From assembly GCA_023213395.1 (NCBI GenBank), contig CM041465.1, positions 142,049,741 through 142,113,740 of the forward strand: DNA of 64,000 nucleotides, in the 5' to 3' direction. Below the pieces are notes generated by a model. It made no database searches. It was not told the origin of the DNA and saw only the letters and a list, made by a program, of their open reading frames with translations. The number at the start of each line of letters is the position of its first letter. Position 1 is the stretch's first letter. The DNA is from Cycas panzhihuaensis (Eukaryota > Plantae > Cycadophyta). Positions 14,001-26,922 of the stretch are shown here, in pieces. The position numbers and the translations under genes are program-made.

Positions 14001-15700
14001 TCCTATTTCAATCAATGACATTCAGGTGGAAGTCACTAGCTTTTAACCACCTCTTAAGTAGGTACAATAGCTCTTAAAGGATGCTCCTCCTTCTCCCACA
14101 ACTACAAATAGGCCTTCCAAGATGAGACACTCTATAAACTTTACCCTTGTGGCATGTGTCTTTGAAACTCCTGAGTCTTCCACATTTAAGGAGGCAGTCA
14201 GAGACTAAACATGAAAAGTAGCTATGGATGAAGAGATGAATTCTATCTTAAAAAATGACACTTAGGAGGTAATTGAATTACCACCTAGGAAGAAAGCAAT
14301 TAATTGTAGATGGTTGTATAAGACCAAGTTCTATGTAGATAGCACCATAGAGCACCATAAAGCTTGCCTTATTATAAGAGGTTTCAAATAGCATGAAGGA
14401 ATTGAGTATGATAAAACCCTTACACCAGTAGCTAACATGACCACATTCTATTTGGTTATGTCCCTAGCAGCCCAATTTAGATGGCCTATTTACCAAATGG
14501 ATGTGAAGAGTGTTTTCCTCAATGGAGAGCTCAAAGAAGAGATTTTCTTAAAACAACCCCTAGGCTATACTATTCTAGGACAAGAATACTTAGTTTATAG
14601 ACTCAAGAAAACCCTTTATGGACTCAAATAGGTACTGCATGCCTAGTATGCAAAGATAGATGCTGTTCTCATACAGTATAGATTTGATTGTTCACCCTCT
14701 AACCCTAATCTCTACATTCAGGTTAGAGAAAATTTGATCATAATCATTGTTCTTTATGTGGAAAACCTTACTATTACTGGTAATGATATAGATAGAATAT
14801 TTTAGCTTCAATCAAAATTAAAAAGCAACTTTGAGATGACTAATCTTGGGTTGTTCCACTACTTCCTTAGAATTGAAGTTTGGTAAGAACTAGGTTACAT
14901 TCTCTTGACCTAAACTAAGTATGCCAATGAGCTCTTGGAAAGATTTAGGATGATAGATTATAAGCCTATACCAATTCTTAGGGAGACAAGAACCAAGTTA
15001 AACTTGAATGAACAAGGAAAGCCTTTTGATCATACTTTATACTAGCAGTTAGCTCATAGCCTCATTTATCTCACTTACACTTAACCAGATATTTTATATA
15101 TAGTGGGGATCGACTCCATGTATATGTCATAACCCAAAGCATCTCATTGGAAAGAAGCCACTAGGATCCTCAAATACATTTATGGAACTCATCGGTTTAG
15201 CCTTGAGTATAATAAGACTAACTCACTAATTCTAAAGGGACATATAGATGCTAATTGGGTTGGTTGTCAGGATACATGCCATTCAACTTCAGGTTATTGT
15301 TTTGATATGAACTCAACTGTAATCTCATGGAGCGATAAGAAACAACTTAATATTACCCTTTCCTCTACTAAAGAAGAATATGAAGTAGTTGTCCATGCTA
15401 CAACTAAGTTGATTTGGCTCAAAAGGATTCTCATTGAGCTTGGACTTTAACAATGTGCACCTGCCATCCTATACTGTGACAATCAAAGTGTGTTGAAGAT
15501 GATGAAGAATCCTATATTCTATGCTAGAACCAAGCACATCGAGGTCCATTATTACTTCATCTATGAGTATGTCTAGAATGGAGAAGTTAATCTTGCCTAT
15601 TATCCTATTGAAGACTAGGTCACTGACATCTTCATCAAAGCACTTGGTAAACTGAAGTTTGAACGATTTAAACATGACCTTGGTATTCGAAAAAATGAAT
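11037..15700 (+). pseudogene. copia gag-pol polyprotein, degenerate (element B)
   Basis: Gag KLNGINNFIPWKKQV; zinc knuckle ~11917-11960; protease WLLDFGVTRYM ~12450; LWHQFLGHLN; integrase FITFIDDFSRKVWFYFL; RT IYQMDVKSVFLNG; RNase H YCDNQS...RTKHIEVHYYF. Many stops and frameshifts. Confidence 0.93.
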
Positions 15701-16371
15701 TTGTTATTAAGGGAGGTTTCTAAACTATGTAATACCTCTTCCATTTCTTCATATCTTTGTAATCTAATGTTTATATTGTGCATGAATGGACCCTTAATAT
15801 AATTAAATCATATTTAATGATGGCATTGGGTCCATCTCTTATGTCATTAAATTGGCCTATTAAATTGTATATTAATATTGGTATATGGCTATAAATAATG
15901 CCCCATACTTTTGTACATGATATTGATTTAATTTTATATGGAAGCCTACCCTGTAGAGAGCTAGTAGTATGATGAATTCACCCACAACCTTACTGGTCTA
16001 TGTGTGATGTTATTTGCATATTTCCTTTGAATATTTTAGTTATTTAGAATGATATACTTTGATTAGTGCATATGTATTTAGATCCTGATGTTTTTATTAA
16101 TGTCATTGATAGAAAGTTTGTTAAGGTATAACCAAATCTAAATCTCTCTTGAGAAATGCTAAAAGATAGCCTTCACCACACCATAGGGTATGTTTACCCA
16201 CAAGATGATGCTCTTTGGCTTAGAAAATATTAATATAACCTACTAATATACTATGCAATTTAAGTTTCACAATTAAAGTCTATATGGATGATTTGTTAGG
16301 AGTCTCCTACAAATAGGAAAATCTTATCATGAATTTTAGGAGGATCTTCTTAAGATGTTGTATATGCCATG

Positions 16372-16754
16372 TGTTGGAATATAATATTAAATCTAAGGTT
16401 AAGGGTCATAAGTTTAATGTCTAATATAAGGGACATTATAAGTTTTAATTGAAGGGTATGTTAGTACATTGAAGGGTATTAGTGTTATAGTTAGGGTTAA
16501 TCATAACTTAAGGTTATGAACTTATATGTGTGGGGTCTCTTTTGCTCACACCTTATTATAACATCTTTATGAGTTGATCATGCAAGGTGCCATGTGTCAC
16601 CTTATATAAGTAACCCTTCATGTTACTAAAAGTCTCTCTTGTAATGGTTTTATATGACTATATATGTACATATTTGATATTCAATGAAATATATTAATAC
16701 ATTGGTTTGTGTTGATTATTTTAGTTCTTGATTATCGAGTGTGTGCATTCTACA
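16372..16754 (+). repeat. 5' LTR of element C
   Basis: TGTTGGAATATAAT...CATTCTACA; aligns end to end with 19756-20146. Confidence 0.9.
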
Positions 16755-17891
16755 TTTGGTATTAGAGTAGGTTTTGAGAGGTATCCATCCTCATCCTTCT
16801 TGAGATGGTAATTTTCAAAACTAGGATGTGTGTATATTTGTACATGCATGGATCTACCAAGCAATCTCAAGTTAGCAAGTCATTAGGTAAATAAGAAGTA
16901 ATTTCAACATGCAGAGAACATAGAATATGAATTATCAGTAGTCCTTCTGTGGCATTAATTTACATGAATCATCATGATCCTCTCACTTTGTTGCCTATAC
17001 TCTAAGGCTTCTTTAGGTACTTGATCTTTTAGATATTGTTGGAATTGCCTACGGCTTTGGTCTTTGACATGGCAGTAAGATTTATTCAGTTTATATTAAT
17101 AGTGTTCATTAGAAGAGCATAAAAGCTTAGATGAAGATAGGGAAATACAATAGGAGGAGAAATAGAAGAGGAGAAAGCTCCTCACCAAATAAGCATAAAT
17201 CATATTAAAGGAGAACCAAATTCAAATACACCACCTCTAGATTAGCTTTATATGTTGATGGAAATCAACCCATAAGCATGTGGATTCACAGTGAATCCAA
17301 AACCATGAATGAGAATAAGGAAGAGGAATTTAAGTGCCTTAACATTACTCTTGCATTAGGAGATAAAGCATATGACCACAAATTCCTTATAAAAGTTTAT
17401 CATTTGGATCTCATTCTATCTATTAATGATCTCGTGGTGACCACTAATAAAGCTAAGATATCTACCAAGTCTAATATTAGTGACAAACCTATAAAGTTAG
17501 ATAAATCTAATGAGAATCATAGTGACGGGGATCAAATTATACAGAGGATCAAGTAGAAATCATCTAATAAATTAAGAGGAACAAGCAATTCTACTTATGA
17601 CATTCGATCAACAAAGTACATCACTAGAGTTATCAAAAGCATTAAAATATGTAACTAAGAAATAGGATATTAACAGAGAGCACAAGAATAATTTTCTTAT
17701 TGATTCATAACACATGATGGTTATACTAAGTGTTTGGTAAAATTTCCAAGGACTAGAGACCAAGAAGGCATCTATAGTAAATCTCTACTAAAATAAGCAC
17801 CTGAGGGTTTAAGGTCATTAAAGAGGGGAGAGGCTCATAACCCTCTTAGCAACATGACACATGCTCTCAATCTTTGGGGTTCACTATTGTT

Positions 17892-18038
17892 ATGGAGAAG
17901 TCCAAGAAATTGAAGGTGAAGGAGGAAGATTGCACTTTCCATATAGATCGTGAACTCATTCTCTCCATTGAGAAGCTCTAAGAAATCTATGATGAGTTGA
18001 AGAAAGTTAATGAAGAAGCCAACGATAAAGTGATGTAG
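17892..18038 (+). pseudogene. NRP: Captured fragment of a NAP1-related protein (NRP/SET-type histone chaperone), N-terminal helix
   Basis: MEKSKKLKVKEEDCTFHIDRELILSIEKL*EIYDELKKVNEEANDKVM resembles plant NRP1/2 (DKSKK...[33 protein letters not shown]). Confidence 0.8.
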
Positions 18039-18039
18039 T

Positions 18040-18592
18040 TGTTATTGCCATTACAACATCCATGTTTAATAAATTTACAAGGATAAAGATGTACATATCC
18101 TCATTAAAACCCTAAGAATAAATATAATTTGTTGGACTAAAATCATTTTAGCTTATGCTAAGAATGGTTATGATGATTATGTAACATATAGATATTGAGT
18201 TTAGTGGCACAAGTAATTTGACCTCCTCATCTCTATTTTTAGTGGTGCTCTTGTTTTTGTTTTGTTTATGTGGAAGTTAGCATGAATGCCACTCCCTTAA
18301 CTTGAGGATGTGTTGACATTTTCTTACTAGATACAATGAACTAGTGTTCTACCTAATGAGTTCACCTTCACCTATGTTCTCTTGCCATGTGCTGATTTGG
18401 CATCTTTATAACATATTAAGGAGTGTCTGTAAAGGCATTATTAGGGGTAAGTTTCAATCAAATGACTTTATAGAGATGGCCCTCATAAATATGTACATCA
18501 AATAAGATAGTATAGGAGATACTCACAAAATGTTTAATAAAATATTTGAATAAATTATAGTTGTAAGGACTATAATGACTTTAGGATATGCA
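18040..18592 (+). pseudogene. Captured PLS-class pentatricopeptide repeat (PPR) gene fragments
   Basis: NIICWTKIILAYAKNGY (18121-18171) and VLPNEFTFTYVLLPCADLASL...FQSNDFIEMALINMYIK*DSIGDTHKMFNKIFE*IIVVRTIMTLGYA (18301-18592) match P-L-S motif consensus. Confidence 0.85.
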
Positions 18593-19755
18593 TGCAACTC
18601 AAAGGCACCTACTTCTACCATAGTTTTATGTAAGACATTCCTCCTACAAGTTGTGATCATTATGAGATCAAAATATCAAGTAATACGAACATTCCACATG
18701 GAATGTTGTGGTGTAATTACTATGTAGCTTATGTTTTAGTATCATTTTATGGTTGTTTTTTTTCCAAACCACAAAACTTCATATGGCAATTAGCTTGAGT
18801 GCTTTTAGATTTCACACCTTTGTCTAGTGCTTATAAGCATAACCTCAAGTACAACTTAGGTCGTAATCACAACTACAAGTGTGAGTAGGTTACAACCTCA
18901 AGTGCAACCAGATCATAAAATTACAACTAAAGTATAGCCTAGACCATAACTAAAAAAAGTGATTAAATGACTTTTAGCTTGAATATAAATAATATTTCAC
19001 ATAAATGGATTTTCTACATGTAATTATGATCACTAAATAAAAAAAGGATGATTCATAAAATATGACCCTATTTATTGGCACTGGATTGAAAACTAAATGT
19101 TGAAGTCATCATAGTAAAGTAGCAAATGATAAAGCTTTAGAGCCCCATATTTTATATGTTATATTTATTCATGGTAGTTGTGTTACTACCTGAATGCATA
19201 CCTTTGTAGTAAATAAGTTATTGTTATTATATGTGAGCTTTGTAGCTTAAAGAAATCATTGATGTGTTCTATTCAAAGGAGTTATTAATGATAGTATGGT
19301 GATTTGTTCTAGCTAAAGATTAGATGATGATGACGTTTGTCAAATGTTGATATTAAGAATCTTGTATGATAAAAGGTAAGATTAACATAGGTTGTTAGAC
19401 ATTACTGGCCAAGTACTATAACTTGTTCCTGAATGTCAAACTTTGTGGTATTTATTTGGTTAGGTAGTTTGGCATGCTCCCCAAATACGTGTTAATGAAT
19501 TAGACTATTGTAGGGGTTGAAATGTAACCTAGACAAAGATCTACTTAGTGTTGATGAACCATGTATACAAAGACATTACCTAGATGATTAACAGACACAG
19601 AGGCTAGTTACCCATGTGATCGAATGAATGGTGATATCTTTATATGGGCATAAACAATATCTTTTAATGAAGCAATTTGATGGTGAAGTGTCAAAAGAAT
19701 AGAGGTTGTGTTTCGTACTATTTTTTATTGTAAAAAATTAAACATTATAAGAGGA

Positions 19756-20146
19756 CATTAGAATATAATATTTAATTTAAGGGTCATATATTTAATGTTT
19801 AATGTTTAATGTTTAATGTGAGGATTATTATACATTTTAATTAAAAAGTATGTTAATATATTGAAGGGTATTAGTGTCACAATTGGGGTTAGCTATAACT
19901 TAAGGTTGTGAGCCTATATATATGGGGTCTCTTTTGCTTATACCTCATTATAACATCTTTGTAAGTTGATCATACAAGGTTCCATGTGTCACCTTGCATG
20001 ATCAACCCTTCATATTTCCAAAAGCCTCTTTCATAATGGTTTCATATTGCTCTCTATATATATATTTAATATTCAATAAAATACATTGGTACATTAATTT
20101 GTATTGATTATTTTGGTTCTTGATTATTGAGTGTATGAATCCTACA
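19756..20146 (+). repeat. 3' LTR of element C
   Basis: Homologous to 16372-16754; ends in CA followed by the TSD. Confidence 0.9.
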
Positions 20147-23100
20147 TCATGTTAGCTTAAACCCTCTCAAATATATTTTTATCATCACTGCTAATATATT
20201 ATTAAGGTTTATCATCTCCATGGATGGAATCCAAGTTGATCTTAATAAAGTGAAAGCTATTTTAGAAATTCTACCTCCTAAAACCCAAATATAGACCAAG
20301 TATTTCATTGGGATGCTTAGCTTTCTTTATTACTTTCTAATAAATTTTACTTTAAATGCCAAACCATTCATAAATCTCCAAAAAAAGGGGTTGTTGTTGT
20401 TTAGACCCATAAAGACTAGGCTTCCTTTAACAAACTTAAGTAGGGGCTTATTTTAGCCCCTACATTCACTACATCATATTTTAATAAGCCATTCATCCTT
20501 TATACTTCTTCTATAGAGGAATCCTTTAGAGCCATGCTACGTCAAAATGATGACTTAGTTTTCAAACATGTAGACAATTTTATTAGTTACACATTACTCA
20601 CCATAGAAATCAACTATATCGTAGTGGAAAAAGAGTGTTTGGATTTTGCTTTTACTATAAAGTAGTTATATCACTACTTGCATAGAAATATAAATTGAGA
20701 CATCATTCAGTCCAACACCTTATAATTTCTCTTAACCAAGTTAGATCTCATAAGATAGATAAGAGAGTGGGTTTTACTCTAAGAATTTGACCTTCAAATA
20801 GTCAATAAGAAGTTAAAGAAATGAATGATTATAGTTGAGGAATTTGCCCATACACCTCTCCCTAATATATGTAGTACACCAGTAAATGATTTATTACATG
20901 ATGAGCCTATCTTGGCTCTTGATATTATTGAGGGTGAACTATGGTCTAGGGATGCTATTTAATACATGAATCATAAGATTTTCCCTAAAGTGGCATCTTA
21001 AAAAGAGAAATAGTATGTTAAGGCAATGGCATGTGAATGCTTCCTAATTAGCAAAATGATATATAAACAATCCTTTAATAGGGTACTCCAATGCTGCCTA
21101 AATCCTAAGGAGGCCTTGATCATTATATATAGATTCTGTGATGGTATTGGTGGGGGCATTTTGGGGGGGAAGCCTATTACCCAATAGATTTTTCATATAG
21201 ATTATTATTAGCCAAGTCTCTTTAAGGATGCATATATGTCCATTAAAAGGTGTAGAAAATGCTATATCTATACCAATATTATCTTGCAACCATTCAATAC
21301 TCCCTATGCCATTATAACTCTATGACATTTTTTCCTAGTGGGGATAGACCTGACTGAGATAACTACACCTCAATCTTTGTTACAATAAAACTTTATCCTA
21401 TCTATAATTGAATGTTTATCCATATAAGTAGAGGTAATCCCGTTAACTCTTATAACTAACAAAGTTATTGGCAATTTTATCTTCTAATATATTGCTTATA
21501 TATTTTGGGTTTTTCACATCTTAATCATATATAAGAAGACCATATTTTGTAACAAGGTGTTAGATGAACTATGCATTAAATTTCACATCACTCATAGGAC
21601 ATCATCCCATTTCTATCCATGGCCCAATGACCAAATTAAAGGATTAAATAAAATATTATCTTATGTTTAAAAAAAATGATATCCATATTCTAAAAAACCT
21701 AGTACATCTATATTTTCCATACTTTATGCACCTACTATACATCCATTTAAACTAGTATAAGTATGACACCATTTTTATTAGTTTATACCTTGGAGGAAAT
21801 ATTTCCCCTAGAAGTAGTCATTCCCACCTTAAAGATCACATACAAAGAATATATAATAAAGAATAGTATAACCAAGCTTGACTACTTGAGCCTAAACTAA
21901 TGGAGAAAATATATTTAGTAGTATATTAATGTAATATCACTTCAAAATCTAAGGTAAATATAACTTATGATAAGAGTTTATGCCCTCACGCATTCACCCT
22001 CCAGATCTTTGAACTTTGTGCTACTATTACTACTAAACCCAAACTAGATGTATAACCTGGAGTAGATTTCTTGTCATTTATATAACCTGCCTAGTTTAAG
22101 TTTGTATAACCAATCAACCTATAATCCCCTAATGACCTATAATATAGACCATACCTAATAGTTCCTCTAAGTAATAAGGTTCCTAATCAACTATGTATAA
22201 AGTATATGATTAACTAATTTAGACTCCTCTAACTTAGACAATTTCAACCTAACTTCTACTAGTGTTGTAAGTAGCTTGCAACTATCCATGTTAAATTTGT
22301 GTAGCATATCTAATATGTGTTTCCTCTATAACACAAATATCCCCTTTTTATCCTGCCATACTTTAATGCCTAAGAAATAATTTATAAGTCCCAAATCTAT
22401 CATTTCAAACCTTTTTCACATATCTTCCTTAAACTTTTTGGATAAGTAGTCATAATTCCTAATATATACTAGGTCATACATATATAATCGTATAATTAAT
22501 ATTAATATTTCTTTCAATTTTATATACAATTTGTTTCTGATTAGCTCCCTAGGAATCCCTTATTCTTAAAGTATTTATTAATCCTAGATTACCATGCTCT
22601 AGGTGTTTGTTTGACTCTATACAAGGCCCTTTTCAGTTTGGAAACCATATTTCCCTTTCCATTCACTTAAAAACCCTTAGGTTGTTAGACATATATCTTC
22701 TCATCAACATATCCATTTAGGAAGACACTCTTCACATCCATTTGATGGATTGCCTAACGTTATTGTATAACTAAGGCCATGATTAATCTAATTGTTTCCA
22801 ACCTTGTAATAGGTACAAATGTTTCATTATAGTGTATTCCTCGAAATTGAGCATAGCCCCTTGCAACTAATTATGCCTTGTATTTGTCAATATAAGCATT
22901 GAATTTATACTTAGTTTTATAGACCTATTTTATCTTAATGGCATTCTTTCTAGGTGGTAATCAATTAAATCCTAAGTGTTATTCTTCACTTAGGCATTAT
23001 ATTCTTCTTTCATTACTTCTTTCTATTCAACTTGGCTATTTGCCTCTTCAAAGTTTTGAGGCTTATTTAACTCTATAACATGAGTCATAAGTGCAAAATT

Positions 23101-26010
23101 TATCCTTTGAGATATTATTGTTCTTTTCTCAAAGTTTGTACCTAAAATATTTTGAGGGTTATGACCTCTTTATACCCATTTTCGAACTCTTTGATTAAAT
23201 TTGATGGTCCTACTTCACTTGTACTAGGTACATTTATACCACTTGAGTTAGAATCCATATCAATCATAATGCTTTTACCTTTATAATTTTTAATAACTTC
23301 CTCTTAATAGAATTCATCTTCATTGAAGATGATATCCCTACTCATGATGGTGTTTTTATGCTTAGGGTTATATAATTTATCGGATCTTGATGTATCACTA
23401 TATCTTATAAGCATGCACTTAGTGCTTTTATCATTTAACCTTGTTCTTCGTTGTTTTAGAACATGTGCATATGCTATGCACCAAAAAACTCTTAAGTTTT
23501 TTATGCTTGGTTTATAACCTATCCAAGCTTCCTTATGTGTGACCCATCTCACTACCTTAATTGTGCATTTGTTTAACAAGTAAATATCTATATTTATAAC
23601 TTTTACCTAATACTCATTACCAATATGCTTATCCTTAAGCATGTTCCTAACCATCTTAATAATTATCATATTCTTCCTTTTAACTACCTCATTTCGTTGA
23701 GAGGTATAAGGATTAATAAGTTATTTCCTTATCCCATAGTATCTATAATAGTCTTTGAATTAATTTAAAATGAATTCTCCCATATTTTCTAATCTAAGGG
23801 TTAATATTTTATGCCTATTATGCTTTTCAATCATGAATTTGAACTTAATAAAACATTAAGGTGCATTTGATTTAAACTTAAGAAAATAGATCTAAGTCAT
23901 TCTTGTAAAATTATCAATAAAAGTTATGAAGTACTTAGCTCCTCCAAGTGAAGGTACATCTATTGGTCTACATAGATCTGTACACACTAGTTGAAAATGC
24001 TTATTTTCCCTATTACCATCATTAGGAAATCCTTCCCTTATTTATGTACCTAGTATACAATCTTCATATATTTCTTTACCATATTTAATATCAAATAGGC
24101 CAACCACCATTTCTATCATTTTCATCAATTCTAAGTTACTACAATTCATATAACCAAATCTTTTATGCTAAGTATCATTATCCATATTAATTGATACCTT
24201 CAAGGTATAGTAGTTAGTTGGGGGTGTGACTAACTTAAATAATTTATCACTAGTTATTTAACCCTTAATAACTATTGTCTTATTCCTCAATGTGTCCTTA
24301 ATATTACAATCACCATTACCAAAGATAAATTTATACATTTATGGTATTATTTATCCCATAGATAACAAGTTTTTCTTGAGTGTAGGGATATAAAATATAT
24401 CACTGATTCATCTAGCCTCTCCAAAATCTATTTAGATGGTTACATTTTCTTCACTTATTACAAATAAAGTAATATTATCCCTAAACATGATTTTACATTT
24501 CTAAGTATTGTCTAGCTCCTTGAATTATTCTTTCTTATGTATGATATAAGTAGAGAAACCTAAATCAATGTAACAACTATCCTCCTCTTAATTGGCTATT
24601 AGAATTGATAAGAAGAGTCTCCCATTCTCCCTTGGTTCTTTAATGATTATATTAGCTACTCCTCTTTGTATATTAGATTTTTTTGTAAAATAATTATTTT
24701 TTAAGTATCCACTTCTATGACGATAAGAATATTACATTGTTCCTCTACCTTAAGGACTCCTCTTTCTTTGTTCTTGATTCCTTCCCCTTGGAGTTTATCC
24801 TCTACCTCTTCCTTAAGGTCTAAAAGCTTGCCCTTATCCTTGGTTAAATTGGATTTGATAATATTATCTTCGTCCTTAACCTTGTCCTTGATGGGATTGA
24901 CCTTGACCTTGATAAAATTATCCCTATGCTTGACCTTGATAATTTTTAACTTATTCTTAATGAAATTGTCCTTGGTTTTTAAAGTTTTATCCCCTTTCTC
25001 TAGGAGATTGGCCTCTTTCCCTAAAACTTTAGCCTTTAAAAGATAGCCTAATCTTTACCTTAGTGTAAAATACTATTCTAATAACTCACTACCACTTTTC
25101 TTCTCTTCAACTATAATTAACATAGCACTAAGTTGATCAATCTTGAGTGTAGTTAGGTCTTTAGAGATAGTTATTATTTCAAACTTCTTAATGTCATTAA
25201 TACATTTTATGGTTTTTTTATCACCCTTTCTTCACCAATGACTTCTCCTAAGGCCTATATTAAAAGATGAATAATGTATATACTTAATATTTCAAAAATA
25301 AAAAATGAACAATAATAACCAAAGTACTAATCTATATTAATCTTAAATATTGAATATGTACATATAACAATATCAAGTCATTATAAGAGACTTTTGGGAA
25401 TATGAATCGTTAATCATGCAAGATGATACATGGCACCTTTTACGGTCATCATTACAATGAAGTATGAGTAAAATAGACAGTGTATACTTAGGCTCACAAC
25501 TTTAAGTTGTAACTAACCCTAACTATAAAAGTAATACCCTTTAATATACTAATATAATAATCTTCACATTAAACATTAAATACATAGCCTTAAATTAAAC
25601 ATTATATTCCAATATCCCCCCATAATATTTTATTTTTTGTAATAAAAAATTAGCTACTTTAATCCATTGCTAATAGGGTTATATCATTTTTACATGATTA
25701 TAATTAGGTATAGATGATCCATTCATATGAAATATTGCCTGCATTCAAATTGAGAGTAATTTTGGTCACACTTGGTTATGCTTGGTACAACCACTAGTCA
25801 CAGTAAGTCATACTTGGTACAACCTCTAGTTGCATTTAGTATTAACCAAGTACAAACTTTGGTCACACATAGTGCATAACAAACTATAATCAATTCTTCA
25901 AAATCCAAGCTCTAAGTTTATGAAACATAGGTTCAATATCTTGGTAGCACTTAGAGTTATAATTGTAACTTGGTAGGTGTAAGAATTATCCATTAATCAA
26001 TTAATTTATA

Positions 26011-26178
26011 CATATCCTAAAATCAATCCTTACTACTATAGCTTGCTTAGATATTTTTTCAAACACTTTACAAGTATACTATGTACTACTACCACAAAAT
26101 CATCATATTAAAACCCACATATTCTACAACTCCCAAATTGGTGCATACTAAAAAAGCACAGGCAAAGGTGAACTCACA
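26011..26178 (-). pseudogene. PLS-PPR fragment, homologous to the PPR cargo of element C
   Basis: EFTFACAFLVCTNLGVVE...CKVFEKISKQAIVV; the flanking sequence also aligns with 18060-18300. Confidence 0.7.
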
Positions 26179-26551
26179 CAAAGTCACTATACATCCACTA
26201 GTTAAAGAAGTGGCATTCATGCCAACTTCCACATGAATAACATAAATAAAGCACATCTACAAATAAAGGTGAGGTGGTTAAATTACTTAAGCCTACAAAC
26301 TCAATATCTATGTATTACATCTAGTATAAACTGAAATAATTATAGTACTAAAAACACATTTGTTGTTAAAGTTTTAATGAGGATACTCATATATTTGTCC
26401 TTGTAAATATATTAAACATGGCTAATGAAATGATAGTAATAATTCATCAAGAAAATAGCTAAATTGATCTAAAGGAATAAGGTCACTAAGGAAAGGATGA
26501 GAACATAGCAGACAAATATAAGTAGATGGTATTCCATTTGCAACTAGATAA

Positions 26552-26922
26552 ATACCTCTAAAAGAGTGCATGGATTATATGTGTGTCTACACTAAAAAGT
26601 GCCTCTTCAATATTAAAAGCTATTTTATGTAGCATATTTAATGTATTCATAATAAGAGCAGTTCTTTCATAATATCCTCATGCTTTTTGCTTATAGTTAC
26701 GTGCAAAGTCATGTTTCCATTCTTGTCAAGGAGTATTACTATTGTTGTATCAACATTTAGGAGCATTCTCATAAATTCCAAGTACGTGGCTCCTTTTGCT
26801 ACCATATGTAATGTCATCCACCCCTTTTTATCAATTCTCTAAGCCATCTATGGATCCATATCTAGAAGTGATTTTACAATATCTATAGAACCTGCCCTTG
26901 TAGTTAAATGTAGGTCATTCTT
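26552..26922 (-). pseudogene. Captured ankyrin-repeat gene fragment (ITN1/ACD6-like Ank-PGG family)
   Basis: KNDLHLTTRAGSIDIVKSLLDMDP*MA*RIDKKGWMTLHMVAKG...LLNVDTTIVILLDKNGNMTLHVTISKKHEDIMKELLLL / NTLNMLHKIAFNIEEAL follows the ITN1-type pattern KNALHLAARQG...DPQLARRIDKKGQTALHMAVKG...DK..NTALHVATRKKRAEIV..LL. Confidence 0.85.

Larger units (their letters stand above)
6768..16094 (+). mobile_element. Ty1/copia retrotransposon B with ~4 kb 5' leader (possibly chimeric; no matching 3' LTR)
   Basis: LTR starting TGTTGGGATAAT, tRNA-Met PBS, long leader, complete but decayed gag-pol, and PPT-like TTAAGGGAGG at ~15708-15717. Confidence 0.8.
16372..20146 (+). mobile_element. Non-autonomous LTR retroelement C carrying host gene fragments
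   Basis: Paired LTRs 16372-16754 and 19756-20146, PBS TGGTATTAGAG at 16757, purine tract before the 3' LTR, TSD CCATG/TCATG (16367-16371, 20147-20151). No gag-pol motifs recognised inside. Confidence 0.9.
16095..22007 (+). pseudogene. Ty3/gypsy (non-chromoviral, Athila/Tat-like) pol fragment: RT, RNase H, integrase; interrupted by element C
   Basis: YNQI...IAFTTP*GMF...KVYMDDLL before 16371 continues as HVSLNPLK...GIQVDLNKVKAI after 20147. RNase H EINYIVVEKECL; integrase HF GG...DYY*PSLFKDA..C..C. No additional archaeal-type RNase H seen. Confidence 0.85.

Noticed and set aside
18835-18955. Short repeats with spacers (ACAACCTCAAGT-like; also ~25760-25880) as a CRISPR-like array
   Set aside because: Irregular, degenerate minisatellite inside a plant retroelement; no constant repeat/spacer period and no cas genes
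24717-25046. 109-aa Leu/Ser-rich ORF
   Set aside because: Antisense shadow of the purine-rich copia gag linker of element E
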